DNA of 64,000 nt from a bacterium (GTDB taxonomy: Bacteria; UBA8248), in contig CBDBZU010000004.1 in assembly GCA_965213625.1 (NCBI GenBank), positions 4,032,001-4,096,000 of the forward strand, written 5' to 3'. Shown here in pieces: positions 59,210 through 64,000 of this stretch. A program made the translations under genes and the position numbers. Below the pieces are notes generated by a model. It ran no database searches. It saw only the letters and a list, made by a program, of their open reading frames with translations, and was not told the DNA's origin. Numbering within the stretch: position 1 is the first letter of the stretch; each line of letters starts with the position of its first letter.

Positions 59210-59873
59210 GTGGTTCCTCCTGTCGTGTCGAGTGGTCATCTTCGCCCGGCGCATTCGTTTTGGACGCGCCCGATCCTGGCGTTTCCCTGAGCGCGTTCAG
59301 GCGCTCGAGCCAGAGCCTCGCCCCGCGGTCTGGAGCAAGGGACCTGATCCTTCTCTCAATCGGCGGGAAGGTGAGGAGCGGGGATGCATTCGCGCCCGCT
59401 CCCGGCACGTCGCGCGCCTCGGCCGCATCGGCCATCCGGGCCACGAAGCGAACGAGTTCCGCAGGCGCTGAAGCCGGCTTTGCACCGAGTCCGGCCGCCT
59501 CGCGCACCGCGCGGTCCGTTTTTTCACCGAGCCGTCTCAGCCGCGGCGTCGAGCGACGCGAGGGGGCGCCGCCGGACCCCAACCAGGCGACGGCGGCCTC
59601 ATGCAGCAGAGCCAGGAGCGCCGCCTCCCTCACGTCGCCTCCCGTAGTGGCGGCCAGGTCCTCAATCGCCTCGCTCATCGCGACCCCGTGCGCCGCGATC
59701 GAGTGATAGCGCCTCAGCCGCCCACCCCTCCTGCAGGTGTTGGCGAGCACGTGGGCCACGGCTTCGAAGTCGACGTCTTCGGGCGTCAGCGATTCGGGAT
59801 CCCCCGGCCAGGCGAGGGGTTTCTCACCCGCAGCACCCGCACCTTGTGTGGATGGTTTTTTTTTCGCGTTCAT
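59136..59873 (-). CDS. HD-superfamily (YfbR/YfdR-like) phosphohydrolase homolog, HD replaced by HE
   Basis: VAHVLANTCRRGG..YHSIAAH..ALLHEAA..ADAAE. Confidence 0.65.
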   Translation of the reverse strand: MNAKKKPSTQGAGAAGEKPLAWPGDPESLTPEDVDFEAVAHVLANTCRRGGRLRRYHSIAAHGVAMSEAIEDLAATTGGDVREAALLALLHEAAVAWLGSGGAPSRRSTPRLRRLGEKTDRAVREAAGLGAKPASAPAELVRFVARMADAAEARDVPGAGANASPLLTFPPIERRIRSLAPDRGARLWLERLNALRETPGSGASKTNAPGEDDHSTRQEEPHATQAQTPKEEDGTPRAGGSRDAA

Positions 59874-59919
59874 GTGTTCTCCTTTTCGTGTTCATACTGA
59901 TAATCTTGCGATGGATGAC

Positions 59920-62448
59920 TCATTGCTCGCCCTCGGCTGAAGTCTCCTCCGGGAAACCCTCATCCGCGATTCGCAGTACGGCTTCTTCCGTCGTGAGGCC
60001 TTCACTTTTCAGTTTCTCGATCGCAGCGAAGGCGGGTCCACGCGAGGAGTAGAGCGCGCCCGACACCCGGTCGAGGACGAGCCGCGCGACGCGCCAGCCG
60101 TCGGGGCCGTGTAGCACGAGTTCGGCATGGCGCCCGTCCACCGTGGCCAGGCTCTTGAGCGCGCGCTCCATCCCGGGGTCGCAGTGGATGCGTTTTTCCT
60201 GCTTCAGGAGTTCGACGGACTCGTCCTTCTGTGCGAGAAAAATCACCCAGTCGGAGTTGTCCCAGGCCGCCCGCGCGGCGGGATTCGCATAGTAGTCGTT
60301 CACGCTCTGGGTGCCCGTGACGAGCGCGCCCCGGTATTTGCGAGCGCGTCTTGCGGCGCCCTCCAAAAACGCCTTGCTGTCCTCGCCCGAGAGCAAATCC
60401 CAGGCCTCATCAATAACGATGGCCTTGGGCCGCGTCCTCGGCCCGTGGTACATCCGCTGCGTCGCGAGAAACACCACGAGCATGAGGACCACGCCCTGGA
60501 GGTCGCCGCGCCCCTTGAGTTCCGCCAGTTCGAACACGGTGAGCGCGGCGTCGAGCGCGGGCGTCCCGCCTCCCTCGAAGAGCCTTCCCATCGCGCCGCC
60601 CGGCCGCCAGGGACCGAGTGCCAACGCCATATCCGAGGCTCGCCTGTCCCCTGCGGCTTCGAGATTTTTCTGCACTAACCCTAAATCCGCGTCGTTTCCG
60701 GCCTCCTCCCAGGCGCGCGCGATGGCCTCATCGATCAGAGCCGCTTCCACGTCGTCGATCCGACCGCGCCTCCGGCACATCCGGCCTATGACCGAGGCCA
60801 GCATGGCGAAGCACTCCTCCCGGTAGTCGCCATCTCTCGCGGCGGTCTCCTTGTCGATCATGGCGAAGGGGTTCAGCCGCGCCGGGTCCTTGCCGAAGGC
60901 GATGAAGGCGCCGCCGAGCGCCTCGGCCGTATGCTGGAAGGATCGCCCGTCGTCGATGACGACGGCCTCGCCTCCCGCGCCGGCGATGCCTGCGACGAGT
61001 TCCTGCATCAGGACGGATTTGCCCGAACCCGACTTCCCCGTGACGGCCACGTTGTAGTTTCCCGCCTCGTTCGCGAACGGGGACCAGGGGGCGGGCTGGC
61101 CGCGCCTGCCCACGAGAAGCAGAGCGGGCGGGGCGTCGGAATTTTGCCGCTGGCCGCGCCACTCCCCGTGTACGGGCGCCAGGTTGACGACCGAGGAAGT
61201 GAGCAGCGTCTTCATCCGGCCCAGGCGGGCGAGGTCTGAATCGAGACCTCCCGCAGGCGCCATGGGCAGGCAGGAGAGCCAGGCGGGGAGGTGGGCGTAG
61301 CGCTCAGCACCCAGCCGCCAGCCCTGGCCGTGGTAGATCGCGCGCACCGCCTGTTCGGCCTCATCCATCGCGTCCGGCGGCGCATAGACGCAGATGGCGT
61401 AACAGGCACGTACCAGGCGCTCGCCTTCCTTGAGACGTTCGGTCACGAAACGCCAGTCGCGCGCTTTCTCGGGCAATCCGGGCAGGTAGCGCGCGATTCC
61501 CGTCCCGGCCTGCTGCGTTGCGCGGGCGGACTTCAGGAACGCTCGCTCGCCGTCCGCCGCCTCGCCCATCATCACGGTGAGCGCGGTCAGGACCGGCGCG
61601 CCGGGTTGTAAGAAGTCGCGATAGAAATCACCTATCAGGGCGTTTCCCCGCCAGCCGGGCCATACTTCCGGATATGCGCGCGCCGTCAGGACGCGCACGG
61701 CGACGTCGGCGCCATCCGGATGGTGGAAGAGGAGGCCCGCAGGCGTGACGCTCATCGCCCGTCCGGGGGCGGCGCATTGCAGATGGAGCGGGTCGCGCGG
61801 CGACCAGCGCCTCTCGGGCCGCATGAGGCCCCCGTCGTACGCCCCTTCGATGTCGGGCGCCGTCAGTTCCGCGGCGAGTGACAACAATTCGTCGGGCTCC
61901 GTCCGCCGCGCCCACGTCCCGATCGAGGCCAGCGCGCCCTCGAGTGCGCGCCGAAAGCCGCCGAGTGCGGTCTCAGGCTCCGGTCCCGGCCTTCCCGGCA
62001 GGCTCGCCGTGAGGAACACCCGGCAGTCGTTCAGCGTAAAGGGCGGCCCGCCCGCGTGGAGCGGACGCCAGCCGGCGCCTCTCAGGAGCGCTTCCCTGCG
62101 CTTCGCCATCACGGCCAGGAGACCGCCCGCCGTCTCCCTCGGCCCCGCCCACTGCGAGATTGCCTGCCCGTAACGGGGGCTCGCCCAGTGGATCACCTGA
62201 ACCACCGAGCGCTCGGGCGCCGAGTCGGCCAGCGTTCCCGCGAGCGCGTCCAGCGTCCCCTCGTCCACGCCCGCGAAGGGCGGGATTTCCAGGACGAAGC
62301 CCAGACCGCCCTCGTTCACGTAGAACTCCCCCGACTCGTCCCAGGCCCGCCAGGGGAGAAGATCCACCAGGGGCGCGGGCATGGCCGGGAGCGCGCGGGG
62401 CGCGAGCGCGTCCGCTCCGCCGAAGATATCCTTAAAGCGCCCGATCAC
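59920..62448 (-). CDS. traC: F-type VirB4 ATPase TraC
   Basis: NYNVAVTGKSGSGKS, IDDGRS, IVIDEAW, RRARKY. Confidence 0.94.
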   Translation of the reverse strand: MIGRFKDIFGGADALAPRALPAMPAPLVDLLPWRAWDESGEFYVNEGGLGFVLEIPPFAGVDEGTLDALAGTLADSAPERSVVQVIHWASPRYGQAISQWAGPRETAGGLLAVMAKRREALLRGAGWRPLHAGGPPFTLNDCRVFLTASLPGRPGPEPETALGGFRRALEGALASIGTWARRTEPDELLSLAAELTAPDIEGAYDGGLMRPERRWSPRDPLHLQCAAPGRAMSVTPAGLLFHHPDGADVAVRVLTARAYPEVWPGWRGNALIGDFYRDFLQPGAPVLTALTVMMGEAADGERAFLKSARATQQAGTGIARYLPGLPEKARDWRFVTERLKEGERLVRACYAICVYAPPDAMDEAEQAVRAIYHGQGWRLGAERYAHLPAWLSCLPMAPAGGLDSDLARLGRMKTLLTSSVVNLAPVHGEWRGQRQNSDAPPALLLVGRRGQPAPWSPFANEAGNYNVAVTGKSGSGKSVLMQELVAGIAGAGGEAVVIDDGRSFQHTAEALGGAFIAFGKDPARLNPFAMIDKETAARDGDYREECFAMLASVIGRMCRRRGRIDDVEAALIDEAIARAWEEAGNDADLGLVQKNLEAAGDRRASDMALALGPWRPGGAMGRLFEGGGTPALDAALTVFELAELKGRGDLQGVVLMLVVFLATQRMYHGPRTRPKAIVIDEAWDLLSGEDSKAFLEGAARRARKYRGALVTGTQSVNDYYANPAARAAWDNSDWVIFLAQKDESVELLKQEKRIHCDPGMERALKSLATVDGRHAELVLHGPDGWRVARLVLDRVSGALYSSRGPAFAAIEKLKSEGLTTEEAVLRIADEGFPEETSAEGEQ

Positions 62449-62975
62449 GGCAGCCTCCAGCGCGCGGGCGTCACCACGACGCGCACCCAGTGGCCCTCGC
62501 GGTAGACGCCCCCAGTATCCACGTAGGGCGCGATCCAGATGCGCGCGACCCGTTCTTTCGTGCGAAGGTGTTCATTCTGAGCAATCAGGGGCCCCTTGAT
62601 CGCCTGAGTGGATAGAGGTTCCACCATGGCCGGCGGCGCCTGCGCCGGTTGCGCGACCAGAGGCTCCGCCGTGGCTACTTCCTGTTCGTCCTGTCCGGCA
62701 TCTCGGATGAGGTCCACGAACCAGGCAATGAGGCCGCTCAGGACCGAGGAACCGTTTGTTTCCTTGGGGCGAGGGGGAGCGGGCAATTTCGTCTCCCGTC
62801 CCTCTCCCGGCGCACGGGCGGCGGGATCCGCCTCGGTGACGCTCTGACACGCCGTCCCCTGCGCGAGGGGGCACTGCCAGGACTCGCCCACGTGGCCGCT
62901 GCCCGCGCAACCCGTGAGGAGCGCCGCCAGCAAGAGGGGCGCGAGCGCCCGCATATGAAATTTTGTTATTTTCAT
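62445..62975 (-). CDS. traV: F-type lipoprotein TraV
   Basis: Lipobox LLTGC, CPLAQGTAC, RIWIAPYVD. Confidence 0.9.
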   Translation of the reverse strand: MKITKFHMRALAPLLLAALLTGCAGSGHVGESWQCPLAQGTACQSVTEADPAARAPGEGRETKLPAPPRPKETNGSSVLSGLIAWFVDLIRDAGQDEQEVATAEPLVAQPAQAPPAMVEPLSTQAIKGPLIAQNEHLRTKERVARIWIAPYVDTGGVYREGHWVRVVVTPARWRLP

Positions 62976-64000
62976 TTTTTGTTCCTCCGGTTCGTGGTTT
63001 TCTTGTCGTCCTTGCCGTCTAAGCGCGCGCCCTCGATGAACACCACCGTGACCCGCGTGCCGGTCTGGAGCTGGATCACGGGCTGGTACTGCTCGGCGCG
63101 CCTGATCAGGTAGTCCGCCACCCTGCGGCCGGCGGAACCCGCGCCGGCGCCGAGTCCCGCGCGGCCCAGCTCGCCCAGGTCCGCGCGTTCGGACCCCTCG
63201 GCCCCGGTGGGGACCCGCAGCATGCCGGCCGCCGTCTCGCCTGCGCCCGATACCAGGCCGGCGAGGAACGCCTTCTCGACCAGCGCCCCCTCCCGACTCA
63301 CCACGGGTCCCCGTACGCCCGCCTTGCCGCCCCCCGCCACGAAGCCCGTCACCCTCGTCTCAATCACGGTGTCCGGATCAGGACCTGAGCAGGTCATGGT
63401 CCTAAGCCGCACGTAGACTTTTTCCGAAGACAGGTCCCCGTAGGCCGCTCCCGTGAGCGTACAGCCCGTGACGTCCGCTTCCAGCGCCACGCCGGCAGCC
63501 GCCGCGCTCCGCGCCCTGCCCGTGAGCCTGAGCAGCACGGGCCGGGGGTCGCCCTGTGAGGACACGCCCACCGAGGCGTCCACCCCCGCGAGCACGATTG
63601 CCTCCGCGTAGGCGCCCGCCGGCAGCCACCAGGAAAGCGGCCGGGCGCCTGCAGCGGAACCTCCCTTTGATGGTTTTTCGAATTCGAGGATCATGGGCGC
63701 AGACCGGGTCGGGGGAATCTTCTCGCCCCGGGCGGGACGTTTCATTCCGGCGCCCCGGGCGGGTTGTTTGGCCTGAGGGGGTGCTATGGGTCGCTCTGCC
63801 AGCTTCCTGCGCAGTTGGTCGATGGCCGCCGCCTGGCGGTCAATCACCAGTCGTCCGTCCGCTGCGTCCTTGGTGATACGCTCGCGGAGCCTGGCGTTCT
63901 CCGCATCGATGCGTTTGTTCTTCGTATCGAGGTCCCTGAGCTGCGCCTCCATCTGCCCGATGCGGGACTCCGAACGCCTGATCCAAACCGTCTCCGCAGA
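62972..64000 (-). CDS. traB: F-type TraB (VirB10-like), 5' end outside window
   Basis: LPAGA..GVDA, GCTLTGAAYGDLSSEK, GKAGVRG, YLIRRAEQYQPVI. Confidence 0.9.
   Translation of the reverse strand, partial: SAETVWIRRSESRIGQMEAQLRDLDTKNKRIDAENARLRERITKDAADGRLVIDRQAAAIDQLRRKLAERPIAPPQAKQPARGAGMKRPARGEKIPPTRSAPMILEFEKPSKGGSAAGARPLSWWLPAGAYAEAIVLAGVDASVGVSSQGDPRPVLLRLTGRARSAAAAGVALEADVTGCTLTGAAYGDLSSEKVYVRLRTMTCSGPDPDTVIETRVTGFVAGGGKAGVRGPVVSREGALVEKAFLAGLVSGAGETAAGMLRVPTGAEGSERADLGELGRAGLGAGAGSAGRRVADYLIRRAEQYQPVIQLQTGTRVTVVFIEGARLDGKDDKKTTNRRNKK

Larger units (their letters stand above)
39924..64000. mobile_element. Integrative conjugative element (MOBF, F-type T4SS), continuing beyond the window; left boundary uncertain
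   Basis: Integrases, repressor, relaxase, coupling protein and contiguous F-type tra genes. Confidence 0.8.

Noticed and set aside
44078-63876. Many long overlapping or antisense ORFs in the tra region (e.g. 45636-47105, 47594-49375) and over ftsH
   Set aside because: Shadow ORFs of GC-rich coding DNA: Arg/Pro/Ala-rich, no motifs, overlapping well-supported genes

Overview
GC-rich bacterial genomic DNA in three zones. (1) 1-14.4 kb: housekeeping and redox genes (MetE-like C-terminus, ftsH, LLM monooxygenase plus flavin reductase, pdxH, bicupin) mixed with defence/TA-type modules (HATPase-STAS-PIN triad, HigBA, RelE/HTH pair, two paralogous HEPN genes) and MITE-like elements with REP-like cargo. 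Two ORFs split by the ORF track (5951-6595) appear to be one deiodinase-like selenoprotein, with an in-frame UGA and a SECIS-like hairpin. (2) 14.9-39.5 kb: an MpaB-like oxygenase cleanly interrupted by an IS256-family element, an MMPL transporter, an FAD oxidoreductase, a lipoprotein and an autotransporter. These are followed by a transport block (M24 peptidase, enlarged TRAP/TAXI system, AhpD-like protein, sugar-type ABC system whose ATPase carries an inserted membrane domain, sulfite-oxidase-like enzyme) bracketed by ~190-bp inverted repeats. (3) 39.9-64 kb: left part of an ICE-like element with tandem tyrosine integrases, a recQ fragment, a cI/cro-like switch, a MOBF relaxase, TraD and an F-type T4SS (traG, H, F, N, trbC, traU, W, S26 peptidase with an amber stop, trbI, traC, V, B). 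No rRNA, convincing tRNA or CRISPR array was seen. All calls come from motif recognition by eye; no database searches were run.
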